Shown piece by piece: positions 11,206 to 23,915 of a DNA stretch of 64,000 nt (position 1 is its first letter; each line of letters starts with the position of its first letter). The stretch spans positions 1,054,001 to 1,118,000 of the forward strand of contig OX337239.1 of assembly GCA_946965045.2 (NCBI GenBank), written 5' to 3'. This DNA comes from Epithemia pelagica. Lineage: Eukaryota > Protista > Bacillariophyta. Made by a program: the position numbers and the translations under genes. The notes below the pieces were generated by a model that did not search any database, was not told the DNA's origin, and saw only the letters and a list, made by a program, of their open reading frames with translations.

Positions 11206-13601
11206 TTACACTCGTGTTAGTGCCGCAGTTTGTAGAAACTCGTGTTTCGTAGTGTCTTGTGGCAATTCTTGTTGTTGTTTGTCGCTACGTTGTGGTCCTC
11301 GTTCCTCGTCATTCGGTTCTTCTTCGTCATCCGTCAAGAGCATGTAATCGGCCACCAAATCACGCACGTGTTGTCGTCGAGATTGTTGTTCACGACGAGC
11401 CACAATCACTGCCATGAGTGTCACTACAATCACCATCAGACACAGAGACGAGACAAAGGCCGGAATGGAGAGTCCCCCGTCCTCGTTCTGGATGGATGTT
11501 GTCAACATTGCAGTCGAACAGTGCCCTCCGGTTTCCAAACATGTCTTCCAATCCGGACAATATCGACACTTGGCGCACAATTGCCCTTCGGGGGATGAGG
11601 AAGTTGCTGTTGTCGTCGTCTTGCTGCCGTGTGGACCGTCGAGGGCCGTTTGCCAGGCATCGCAAACGGCTCCCAAGACATGAGAGGCGGTGACAGGACC
11701 TTGCAGGGGCATTTGATTCAGATACACGGTGGGCAAGGCATAAATGGAATGATCCTTTTGCAGTTGCAATTCGGCTTCCAACAAGGCATTGGGTCGATTG
11801 TCCACCAAGCCACCCGTCTCGTACATGCACCGGTTAATCACAGAACCATCAATGCCCAGTTTTCGGTACACATGTTCCACACAGGCGGTCAGATCCATGT
11901 TGGAATGGCTGCGTAACAACCCGTCGTGTGACAAGGACGAGGATAAGGAGGAGGACATGCCCAAACAGGTTTGAGAGAATTCCGTGACGTAGGCCCACCA
12001 CAATTCTCCATGTTCTTGTCCCAACCAGGGCCTCTTACTTTTCAAAGTCGTGCCGACAGCTGCCTCTGCCGTTTCGGGTTGCGTCAGGCACAATTGTCGC
12101 AAGGATTCTGCTACCACATTGGACCCCGTCAAGAGCAACTCTTCGGCCATGGCGGTGGACGATGACGACGGATCTTGCGAGGTGGCGCAATACCGACCAT
12201 AATTGGTACACAAATCCGTACAATGAGGACCAGGAACAGAATGACATCCATAAAAGACTCCATCCATCAAATACGCATGCCAGTTGAATTGAATGCGAGA
12301 CTTGTTGCTGTTGCTATTGGTGGGAGCAAAGGCTTGCAAGACGTTTCGAAATTCTTGCAAAAAGGTTTGAGACACCACGTCCGTAGGCGTCAACCACACA
12401 TCCAATTCAATTCGGGGAACAACGGCCACTTCTTCTTCTTCTTGGACTTGTTGTTGCTCTTGGTTGGTGGTAGTGGTAGGACCTGGAGGAAAGGACATTT
12501 CGACTTGAAGGGTCTGATTGGCTTGCACAATGGCATGTTTGAGCCGTGTGGCATCTTGTTTGAACACCAAAAAACTAGGAATGGTAATGTCGTTGCCACT
12601 ACCATCATTGGCCAAGACAGGTTCGCGACTGTCCATAAGGGTAAGAAACAAGCAAACAGAAAAAACATCCCATTGAGAGTGAGAGTGTGGAACAAAGAAC
12701 ACCAAACACACAAACGAACGGTCCTCTCTACGTACGGTTGACAGGCCAATTCACCCGAGTTCTTGGTACAAGCCGTGTCGCCACACACACAAAGATTGTC
12801 GGCAATCAACGCACCCGCGGCACCAAAATGTTGTGCGTTGCGAACCTGTAACCAAAAAAAAGAGATTCAGCCAACAAGATCATCAAGCATCCAAATTGCA
12901 GGGTGTTGTGAGACACATGGACCGCCATATCTATAGAGTGCCTGCCGTCTCGTCATGGTCGTCGAGATTTACCTTTTGGACAAAGTTGCATCCTCCTCGA
13001 TTGACCATGAGCAAAAAGGGGCTGGTCCGTGAGTTTCGAGTGGGATTGGTGGGATGGTACACGTCCTCCGAAACGGTCTCGAGATTGCAAAAATCCGAAT
13101 CGACATAGTACAAGGGTTGGACCAAGGAGACTCCCTGTGGTTGTTGACCAAACAAGGCTTGTCGATGACGGTAGGAACCACTCACAACGGGAGAGGCCTG
13201 GTTGTGGTTGTCTTGGTGATGCTGGTTGGTTTGGTGTTCAATCATCTATATATCATAGAGTAGAAGAGAATCGTCCAGAAAAGACAGGGCAACAGAAGCA
13301 GAATATGAGAGATGAAAGACGATCGAACCGACCAGAAACCCAATCCACTCATCCTTCCATCACAGAAAAACATTGATCCAATGCAACAATCCATCCATCC
13401 CAGAACAGGGCGCAGAGATGATAGTATACGTACATGATGAACAATCAATCGTGTACCACTGGGACTGTTTGAGGAGGAGGACATGGAAACAGCGCTCGAG
13501 TGTTTGCTTGCGACCAGAACTGGTGAACCTCCAAACAGGATACTGCACACAAACAGCCAATAATAATGCCACGCTCGGAACACGGATGGTTGGTATGACA
13601 T
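11206..13601 (-). CDS. VSR: VSR-like protein, paralogue 3 (~657 aa)
   Basis: Exons 13601-13434, 13245-12973, 12845-12736 and 12628-11206. Motifs 'NRGGCNFVQKVRNAQHFGAAGALIADN', 'LANDGSGNDITIPSFL' and 'CTNYGRYC'; TM helix; tail 'DYMLL'. Confidence 0.88.
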
Positions 13602-14422
13602 GATGATGATGATGAGATCCAATCAATATGAAACGAAGTGTCAAACGGATTCGTTGAACAGAGAGGAGAAAAATGAGAGTGTATGACAAAGAAAGAGAGA
13701 CAACTACAGAATAATCTTTTGGCTGGTTTGCCAGAGACGTCGCAATGTCAAATGGAAAGGTTTTTCGCTTGGATTGTTCCGGTCCATTGTGAATTGTGAA
13801 GCTCGAGATGGGCAGGACGGGCATCCGTGAATGCGCGTGTGCACGACCCGTGCCGTTGATGCAGGTAGTACATTTCCCTACACTACTACTATGGATCAGG
13901 ACCGTCTCATTTTCACTCTCATTCGGACGCTCGCGACTCGCCCGTCGCCGGCCAGTCACTGTCATTGCGTTCCGGAGAACCGATTCGTGACTGCATTCGT
14001 GAGGCTCAGCAATCCGCGACACCATCTAGTTGGTGCGACCGAATAGACTCACGCACGACCCGGAAGTTCCAAAGTTTTCGCGTGAGCGAGTTGCATCGTT
14101 CAAGACGGCAAATCTTTTGCGTCACCGAATCATCCCCAGTCTCATTCTCATCTCAATTGTCGACGACCGACCGACCGACCTCTGTGCATCCGAGTAATAA
14201 CAGGTAGAGGCGTCCCGATACAAACCTCGATTCCACTTGCTGTGTGCGTTTCTGGGATCATTTTGCACAGTTGCAACATCGTGTAAGAAGGGTTCGGCTC
14301 GGAGGCTCTTGGTTGGACTTTTCCTTGTTGGTCCATTTCTCACTATTTCCGTCATTGTCGACCTTGGACCCCACAGATTAAGAACACTACTGGATATCTG
14401 TAGAGTCCTCATTGTCAGCACC

Positions 14423-16970
14423 ATGTCGTTGAAGGATTTGTATTTGATGGCCTACAATGGCGCTTGTTGTGCGGGATGGGCCGTCGTGTTGGCTCTGTCG
14501 GCCCAATGCTTTTGGGAGAGTGGCAGTTGGTCCGCCAGTGCTTCGGTCTATAGCTTTGGTCCAGTGTCCACATGGCTCACCCTTTCGCAATCGGCTGCCA
14601 TTTTGGAAAATGTCCATGCCGCCTTGGGGTTGGTCCGATCTCCCGTCATGGTCACCTTTATGCAAGTCTCCAGTCGGTTGGTGGCCCTCTATGCCATTTG
14701 CAATGCCCCTCAAGCACAAGGTAGGTGATTGCCTATATATATATCGTGTCGGACAAGTCAAACCTTGGGAGAAGATTATGGGTTGTGTAAACCCCGCACG
14801 ATGGACATTGGTCGAAAATGGAAACTGCATTCTTTTTTCTACATTCTGACACTTTTATATTTTGATCTCTTGTGTGTTTTGGTGGGTTTGTCGACGTCGT
14901 CGTCAATCGATCGTGGTCCTCTTTGTGATTGTTTCCCACTTCAATGGTCCAACCTTTTACTTTTCATGATTGCGTATATGAACCGAACCTATTTATGATA
15001 CCTGTTCAGACCAATGGGGTGCCGGTCTCATGATTGTATCCTGGGCCATGGTGGAAGTTCCACGATATGCCTTTTACCTCATGGCATTGATCACTGGCGA
15101 TGCCACCAAAAAGACCCCCTATCCGCTCTTTTGGCTCCGTTATTCCCTCTTTGCCGTCTTGTATCCTACTGGTATTACGGGCGAATTGTCCGTCTTTCTC
15201 AAGGCCGCTTCGGATGCCGCCTTTGTCAGTCAGGCATTCCCCGGTGCCAGTCTCTTTTATGGGACCGTCTTGCCCATTGTCTACTTTTTTGGATCGCCCT
15301 TTATGATCTTTAACATGGTGGGCAATCGCAAGAGTGCCTTCAAGAAGCGCTTTGCCAAACCGCCTCCTCCTCCACGCGGCTTGTGTTGGCCCGTCGACAA
15401 CAAGGGCGAACGCAGTTCGACCAAAACCAATCAAGCCATTTTGGCCGCCGCCGTGGGGGCCGTCAATTCCACCAAGGCGCAAGCCATTTTGGCCAATAAG
15501 AAATGGCGCTTTAGTTATTGGAAACATCTCAAGGGGTTGGTCGAAGAACAATGTCAATCGCCCGAAGCCGCCTTGAAGATTGCCCAAGAAGGCTTGGACA
15601 AGGCCTATGAATTGTTTGAATTTGTCGCTCCGGATGGATCGGCCATGAGCTTTGCCAAGGCCATGGCGCAACCCAAGGATACCGCCAATGCCTTTTATAC
15701 CCATGAAATCAAGGGATCGTCCTCCACGGCCAAGATTGAAACCTGTCAAGTGCCCTACAAGGGCGAAACCTTGTCGGGCGACAAACTCAAGGCTCAAGTA
15801 AAGGCATGGGTGGACTATGGTACCATTGAACCCAGTGCCGGAGAAGCCATTTGCAAATGCATTGATCATCCGGAATATATCAAGAATACCATCGCCAAAC
15901 AATCCTTTGTCTTGTTGGGTGCCGGATCGGCCATGGGACCCTTGTTGGTCTTGTTGAGTTTGGGTGCCACCGTGGTGGCCATTGATTTGGATCGACCGCA
16001 AATTTGGTCACGTTTGATTGGGTTGGTACGCAATTCGCAGGGAACCTTGATTTTCCCCGTCAAGGTACCACCCTCGCAACTGAAAACGGACCAAGACTTG
16101 CTTGCCAATGCTGGCTGCAATCTCTTTACCGATACACCGCGTATTCGCGATTGGTTGTTGGAGGTTCAACCCGGCAAACCCATGACGGTTGGTAGTTATG
16201 CCTATTTGAACGGTGCCTTGCATGTGCAAGTGAGTTTGGCCATGGATGCGATTTGTCGGGATCTGATTGCCAAGCGTGGCGCCAAGATTAGTTTGGCCTA
16301 CTTGTGTACTCCCACCGACTTGCATCTCATTCCCAAGGAAGCACACGATGCCGCGGCGGACAATTATCGTACCTATCAACAAAAATTGTATTGTTCGCTC
16401 TTTCAATTATTGGGTGGTTCCTATTTGCGCAAGAATGCTCTTCCTCCCGTGGCCACGGCCAAAGCGGGCGAATCCTTGTACTTGGTCAATGGTGTGAGTG
16501 TCGCTCAAGGTCCGAATTACATTTTGGCCAAACGAATGCAACATTGGCGAGCCATTGTTTCCTTGGCCAAGGGCAATATTGTGTCGTCCAACATTGCACC
16601 CTCGACATCGACCCAATCCGTCGTGCAAAATCGAACCTTTGCCTGGGCGTATGAGGGTATGCCCTATTTCCGTCCATACGAAATCTTTGCCCCCCAAACC
16701 TCCAATGCCGTCATGTCCGCCATTTTGTTGACCGATTTGAATACACCCAATCAGTACAAGAGCCTGATCAACCCCAATCAATTGTTCTCGACCGGTGCCT
16801 TTCATGGTGGTACCTGGCGATGCGCCTATACCATTGACAGTATTGGAGAAGCCTCGGTCTTTTTGTACTTTTCTCGAGTGGCTGGACAATATGCGCAAGA
16901 TTATGCTCCCGTCGTCTTGGGTGCCGCCGCAGCTGTCGTGGGAGCAGTCTATTATGGGAGTAGCTCGTAG
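14423..16970 (+). CDS. PTPLA/HACD (PHS1-type) 3-hydroxyacyl-CoA dehydratase fused to a ~540-aa Rossmann-like domain (~752 aa)
   Basis: Exons 14423-14720 and 15010-16970 (intron GTAGGT...TTCAG). PTPLA motifs 'YLMAYN', 'LENVHAALGLVRS...MQVSSR', 'WAMVEVPRY' and 'RYSLFAVLYPTGITGE'. C-terminal 'FVLLGAGSAMGP...GATVVAIDLD' glycine-rich dinucleotide-binding-like motif. Confidence 0.85.
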
Positions 16971-17195
16971 TGTATACAAACTGCAGGAAAAAGAAGATTG
17001 CGGTTGGTGGTGAATGGGTGGCCCATGGTTGCAACTGCATCTGATATCATGTCTACCACAATAGTGACTACGAAACTCGTTTCAGTTAACCTTCCTTCTG
17101 GTTTATATTATTTCTCGACTTTAGATTTGGTAGCAGCCTCGGAGCTACTCCTAGGAGAAACACACACAAAGTCGGACACCCCGACTCCAGGTTAA

Positions 17196-18725
17196 CTAGA
17201 GCCTCCTGATGGTCAAGACAAAGAGCGACTGTTGACAAAGAACCCTACATGCATTAGTGACTACTCCTATGTATTGGAATGCAATTCCTTGCATCCCAAG
17301 TTCTTGACGATTCTTGAGTGCATAGTTCAAGTATTCGTCACTCGATACACCAAAGACACCGCATTTCTTCAATTTGCGGGCCAACGGGATAATGTAGAAG
17401 TCAAAAAATCCCAATTCTCCCTTGTACCAGTTCAAGGATGGATCGGTCTCGGCGCGACCATCCAAGAACGCTTGATAGCACTCCCGAAAGAACTTTTCAT
17501 TCCATTTTCGGTACACATACCTTATAGCAAAAATGACAGGTAACAAGATGTTAAGATTGCGTGACAGAGTTGAATGAACGGGGAAAAGGCAGTGGACTTA
17601 CCAATGCTGCATGGTATGGGCGACATCGGAGGCTTGGATCAAGTGCTCAATTACAATTGTAGCCTTTCGATTCACGGTATCACGCGGATTCTCTTCGGAT
17701 ACATTGTCAGAGAAGGCATCGTCCCAGCGAGCATTGCGCAGAACCTTCAACTCCTTGTCCGCAATATCTGTGGCCAAGACAGCCTTGAATACGCAAAGAA
17801 AGAAGGGAAACCCAACAAGACCTCCTTTGAGATGACGGACGATGACAAAACCCTGTCGAGATGTGAACTTACCTGGACAACCAATTGTCGGAAACGGTCA
17901 AATTCAGGTGCGGTTGAGTAAATACACGCCCGAAGATCTTTATATTTCTCGCCTTCCAACAAATCCCATGCCAGATCGATCGAGTTTTGTTCCGCCACAC
18001 TTTTATTCCGGTACATCGAGGCTTTGAACCAGCCTTGTATTCGGTACCCCAGCTGAAGTAGAGAATAGGAAGTGAACAAAATGTGAGTCTTCCATTGCCG
18101 TAAACGCACCGGACTGTAGACTTGACAATTTTCTTACTGTGATCAACATCATGAATAAGGGCAGAAAAGACCAAGGCAAATTGAGTCAAGGGATCCGACG
18201 TGATACCGTATGTATGATCGTGCAAGGTGGATGCTTCAATATGGAATCGAAGTCGTTTCTCAGTCGAGTTTTGGCGTTTCAGAGTACCAGTGGACTGACT
18301 CTGTTTTTTCACGTCTCCTTCTTTTTCATCGTGCATCTCATCAAGGTCCGAGGGTGCCACAATGCGAGACAAGAGCTTTGTCACAGACATGGTCACATGA
18401 CAGGCATGTTCAAAACTGTGAAATTCGTTCGTTCGGTACATTGTTGAAACGGTGCTAATGTATGACCGAAGCTGTTGTGTCACTCTTTCACCCAAATCCA
18501 TTGTTTCTGGATCTTGTTGCAACTTGGCCGCATGCGCGTCAAACTCGGGAAGGGTGATTATTTCCTTGACTTCGTCTAAGCACGTTTGACCGGGGACCTG
18601 CGTCCATCGAAAGGATTGGTTATCCTGTTGGGTCTCCAAAAGAGAGGATCCAGGCACTCTTGTTATTCCACTGTTTTGTACTTCCTGTGATGACTTTTGG
18701 ATGGCATCACGTCGGGCGACTAACG
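17196..18725 (-). pseudogene. 5'-truncated, frameshifted cyclic-nucleotide phosphodiesterase domain of a guanylate-cyclase/PDE-type gene
   Basis: Motifs 'FHSFEHACHV', 'LIHDVDH|TGVPN', 'NKSVAEQNS', 'LATDI', 'IQASDVAHTMQHW' and 'ELGFFDFYIIPLARKLKKCGVFGVSSDEYLNYA' lie across introns. The frame shifts near 18022 between 'TGVPNTRLVQ' and 'ASMYRNKS'. No cyclase domain is found upstream. Confidence 0.8.
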
Positions 18726-19276
18726 ACCAAGATGCCGGACAAGCACTACGAGACCAAGACACAGCTGCGTCGAGCAGTCACATGCCACTGTATCAAAAAC
18801 GGACCTGGATCCAATGGATGTTTTGGTTTATTGAATTCGGTGTATCTCTTTTAATGATATTTTTGGGGGCCTTGAACTGGAACGACTGCGACTCCATCTC
18901 AACCTTGCCCGTATGGTGCATTATCTATGGAATTCTCTTTTTAATCCTTTTGGTTGTGACACCCTGCATGAGATTGTATCCTTCCGTGTTTTGGAATGTC
19001 AAGAGACTGGACCAGTGGACGTACTTTTTGGGCAATCAAGTGCTTCATTTCATGGTGGGGTATGGTGCCGCCCTGATTTTGCCCAATTTGGTGGGAGACG
19101 ACTCGACCGTCCGTGATTCTTGCGATTCGAGTCTGTATTACTTTTGCTTGTACATGGTGGTAGCGTCCATGGTGGGAATCGTCCTGTTTGCCCTCTCTCC
19201 CTGGTGCATTCATTTCATGTTTGGCAATCAACTCACGGCGACGACGACGACCAACAGCCAAACGGACACGAGGTAG
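18701..19276 (+). CDS. Small 4-TM membrane protein, TMEM272-like
   Basis: 191-aa ORF with four hydrophobic helices and the pattern 'IFLGALNWNDC...LPVWCIIYG' ... 'CDSSLYYFC', as seen in TMEM272-type proteins. The start may instead be the ATG at 18782. Confidence 0.65.
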   Translation: MASRRATNDQDAGQALRDQDTAASSSHMPLYQKRTWIQWMFWFIEFGVSLLMIFLGALNWNDCDSISTLPVWCIIYGILFLILLVVTPCMRLYPSVFWNVKRLDQWTYFLGNQVLHFMVGYGAALILPNLVGDDSTVRDSCDSSLYYFCLYMVVASMVGIVLFALSPWCIHFMFGNQLTATTTTNSQTDTR

Positions 19277-20705
19277 CCACACGAGAACCCACCCCGTGTC
19301 AGTTGTCTTATTGTTTCTGGACGCCAACTTGACATACCTTTGAACTGGCATCATTTTACATTTCGACTTTTGGGGTTTTGAAAAATTGTAGGAGTAGAAA
19401 ACATGAACATGAATCCTCTACTACTGCTAGGTAGTTTACCATAGAGAGCTGCAACAAGAGGAAGGGGAAGAGATGATAACTCGAACCTCCAAACTCCAAA
19501 CTGCAGATTCGAAACTAAATAATGGCGTAGGACAACCAACGAAGGTAAGATGGAAGATGGGGAACGTATGTTATGGAGTGGTTCGCATTCCCTCTCGATG
19601 GGCGCTGTTGGTCTACGTTTCTTGCATTCCGTTCCATTCGTCTTCTTCTCTCCTTCTTCTTGTTTGCAAAACGAAAAAAGGAGCGCTGTCATTGTGATGA
19701 CAACAGAAAAATACGAACAGTGTCCTTGCAACAACTGTTGTCTCGCTTCTCGTTTTTGTCGTTTGTGGGTTTCCGGTTTCCGTTCACCAATCAGAAATAC
19801 ACGCCAACGAACGAGAGTTGATCCGTGTTCCTGCGACTTCTCTCTCCAGTGTCGCCACGCCTGCACCATCTGTCCTCAGTATTGGAGTGTGGAGGCAACG
19901 ACACACACACAAGATGCATCATCCGATGGATGCATCATGAACCCATGGTCGATTGTCCATGGTGTGTCGCATCCGTGCGGGTGTCTGGGTGTCGTACCCT
20001 TCTGACCCGCTTGCACTTCTGTGCATTCTAGCAGTATCTGCGAAACAGTACTCGATGGACACGTCATGGATACAGTTTCCCTAAACATCAAGTGCGACAC
20101 AATTGAGCCAATAATTGCATGCCAACCTAGCATGGTCAGCTTGTCGAACGGAAGCGTGGCCAGATGGTACCTACGGCATCTCTCTGTAGAGAGTGCCGTA
20201 GTACAAGGGGTCCTCGAGTGACAAGCGGCAAGCTAAAGGTATCAAGAGGAGAGGGCCAACAACTCCTAGAAGCAATACACCAATACACACGAGTAGCAGC
20301 ATTGAGGCAGACCATTCATCGAACGTGAATAGAGAGCTGTCGTCACCAAGAAACTGGCAACGAAACGAACTTGTATCACCGAGTATTTCTTGGAGTGAAA
20401 GAGCCGCAACGAAACAGAGTCATTGAAACACAACAACGCGACATTTTTGGAAAAACGAGAAGGAGCACCTATTGAGCAAGAAAGGGAGACTGAAAGGAAG
20501 CGGAACCGGTTTCTCTCGTTGGTTTGTTGCGGTCGTTGGTTCGGATTGGGCAAGAGGTTGTTGTCTGTTCGGGTTTGGTAAAAACCAAAAAAGTAACCAA
20601 ACACCAAACAACAACAACACACTCGCACATAAGGGTTCTCTTCTCTCTTTGTGTGTTTGCTCCACCAAAGTCCACCACAACACAACAAACGAAAAAAGAG
20701 ACAAA

Positions 20706-23555
20706 ATGAGTCCTTCCACCACCACAGCAGCAGCAACAGGGAGTAGCAGTGCGGTTGTTCCGGTCCATCGGAATCCTCCTTTACCACACCCACCACCACT
20801 GCCACTCCAGTCCCAACCGTTAACGCAACCACCACCCCTTCGGAGACCACCGCTTCTTGCTTCGTCGTCCACCACTGGGACTACCAACAACACGGCAACA
20901 ACGACAAGCACAATACCAACAACTACAACGTCAACAACAAGCACATTGAACAATTCCACAAGCTTTCCACGCTCATCGTCCCAATCCTCCTTGGAGGCCT
21001 TTTTCCTGACACCCGCCGCTTCCACAACAATACCTCAACCAGAGTCTCAATCCCAATCACTGCAAGAGCAACACTATCTACCTCCGTCAGAGATTGGTAG
21101 TAATAGTAGTAGCAACAACAACACGAGTCATGACACAGCCAATCATCACCATCACCATCCGGAGGGTTCCTTGAGTGAGGAACACCCACCATTGCAAACG
21201 TTGGAGGAAGAAGAAGAAGCAGCAGCGCATCATGCCTTGCCTGGAGATGTTGTCACCTTGGCTTCTTCCGAGGCAGCCGCAGCGGCCTTGGATTCCTTTT
21301 TTGCCACCACTTCGGCTACCGAAGCCGATGCCGCAGCAGCCGTGGCGGCTGTAGAAGCCTCCAATTTGTTCTTGTCCTCCTTTGTTACCGGAGGAGAAGA
21401 AGACGAGGATGAGAACCATCACCAAGACGGAGGAACCCACAACGAGAATCGACCACCTTCATATCAACAGCAACGGCAGCATGGCGAGGAGGAGGATGCG
21501 GCCGCACAGGCCGATGATGAAGGAGAATCCAGCAGCAACAACAACAGACAAACACGGCATTCTACCATTAGTAGTAGCAACAGCAGTAGTGGTTGTGACA
21601 GTGGACGAAGCAGTCCAACGACGGCATCGCATTCCTCTTCGGCAGCCGCAGCGGCAGCCGCCGCTGTGGCCGCGACATGCTCCACAGCCGCCGAACCCTG
21701 GAGTGACATTCCCTCGGGAGGTGGAGGCTATCCGACCGCTTCTTCTTCGTCCACCACGACAACCACAACCACCACGGCCGATTCACCTCTCTTGATGATG
21801 GTGGGTGACACGGATCCGACCCTTACCACAACAACAACAACGGCAGCAGGATCCATGGCTCCCTCTTCTACGGCTGCAACGGCGGCGGCGTTTCCCATTC
21901 CCTTGGCCCCTGCTTCCAGTGGTACAAGCACCACATCCTTGGCAGCGGCCACAAATTCCACAACTACCAATGCAACGACAACAACGACCACAACAGCACG
22001 ACCGTCATCTTCGGCCTTTTTGATGATACCCACTCTGTTTGGGAAACGTGTTGATTTGCCAGCTGCCATGGGAAGCAACAATACCAATGGGAGTACTACT
22101 ACTTCTGCCACTTCTCAACAACAACCTGTAGCACCCTTATCGTCCTCCTCTTCCAACCCACCACCACCGCCCTCTGTTGCGACGAGGCAACAGAGTACGA
22201 GTGGTGTTGGTCCTCCCCTCAACGGATCGGATCGGTCTAATACCTCCTCATCCTCCCTCTTGGGCAAACGTCGTCGACCACCCTCCACTACGACAACTTC
22301 TTCTGCGGCGGCTACTGCTGCTGCGTCCGCCTTTGGTGTGGCCGTTTCGGAAGACGAAAGCGAACGAGAACGTCGTCGACAAGATCGAAATTTACGAGAA
22401 CAACAACGATCGCATCAAATCAATGACCAAATCGCGGAATTGCGGGATTTACTCGTATCGGACAATATCCGATTCAAACCCGACAAGTATTCGACTCTGG
22501 CCCGCGTGGCGCAATACATGCGTGAATTGCAAGACAAGCAACAACAATTGCAACACGAACATGAACAATTGCTTGCCACCATTACGGCCACGGCACAAAT
22601 CATGACCCAGCAATATGTGGGTGTATCGGGTGGTGGGGACTCCCAGACGACTCTTGGTACGGGGACGGTATCGACGGCGGGAGATGCCACGGCTTCTTCC
22701 ACTGGCTCCTCGGCGACCTCCTCGACCAATGTCAACTCGTCCTTGTTTCAACAAATCGACTACCGCCTTATTTTCGTGTCTTCTCAAGTCTTTTGTGCAG
22801 CCATTACCAGTATTGATGGACGGTTTTTGGATTGCAATCAAGGATTTCAAGAGTGTAGTGGCTTTGATCGAGCCGAATTGTTACCCTTGCAACAACAGCA
22901 ACAACTAGCATCTAGTAGTAACGTTGGTGATGATGGCGTTCAACGCAACTTGTCACTCTTCAATGTCTTGGCCCGACAAGATATGGAACGAGTCTTTCAT
23001 TCCATGAGCTCCATGTTGAAACGCCCCGTCGTGTCGCAACCATCACCACCGGCGCTCGTACCCCCGCACGAAGATGAGACTTCTTCCCATCATCATCCTA
23101 TGGATACCTGGACCACACATGTGACACTGTGCCGAAAACCGAGTCAACAGGTACGAAACGACAACAACTCCTAATTATCACAAGTACCGTTTCCTGGTTT
23201 CTCACCCACTGTATGCATTTTCCTGTATTGCTGTTTCGAACAGGTTCAATTGAGTCTTTGTTTGATTCGTACGCCCGACGAAAACCGGCCTCATTTCTTC
23301 AATTGTACCCTGATTCCCCAAGAAACGACTCGCGACAATGAGCTCAGCAACAGCCAGCAGCAGCATAGCATGCCAAGCTCGCCATCCCTGCACCCTCAAG
23401 GTTTACCTCAAGAACCGAACCATCATGCAACCGCCTCGACCGTTTCGACTTCCACGACCGCCACCACAGCTGCCGTCACAGCCACCTCCCTGGCCACGAC
23501 AACAAGTCCCTCGTCAGCTTCGTCCGTGTCGAGTACCAATGCAACCTTTTGTTAG
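20706..23555 (+). CDS. bHLH-PAS transcription factor with long low-complexity N-terminus (~918 aa)
   Basis: Exons 20706-23150 and 23244-23555. bHLH 'RRRQDRNLREQQRSHQINDQIAELRDLL...KPDKYSTLARVAQYMRELQ' followed by a coiled coil. PAS 'IDYRLIF...AITSIDGRFLDCNQGFQECSGFDRAELL...LIRTPDENRPHFFNCTL'. Confidence 0.9.
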
Positions 23556-23892
23556 CCCGCTGAAAATGTGGAGCAGAGAGGGCGTTCAGGAGAGTCGTGG
23601 CGTAAGAGGGAACAAATGCAAGGCGTGGAGGAGTGATGGAACTGGAGACAGAAGCGATTGGGTTTGGTTGTGAATTGAGGTGAGGTGAGGTGAGATGAGG
23701 TCATGTGGCAACTGCGATCGAACGGAAGGTCGACCATGGGGGAGAAATGCTCCAGCTGGACATGGAACAACGGTGTGAACACTTGCTCACAAGAGGAGGT
23801 TCTGCACGAAATGCTCCGGCTGGGTGTAAACAAGAGCACAAGATGTTCGACACGAAAACAAGACGAAAAGGAATGAAGGTAGATCCAAGAGA

Positions 23893-23915
23893 GGGGGGGG
23901 GGGGGGGGGGGGGGG
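23893..23915 (+). repeat. Poly-G tract (23 G)
   Basis: Uninterrupted G run downstream of the bHLH-PAS stop codon. Confidence 0.9.

Noticed and set aside
15006-16001. Long antisense and alternative-frame ORFs (e.g. 15006-16001, 28037-29140, 37633-38265, 43472-44236, 50479-51219, 52450-53211)
   Set aside because: They are shadows of well-supported genes or repeats on the other strand or frame, with no motifs of their own.
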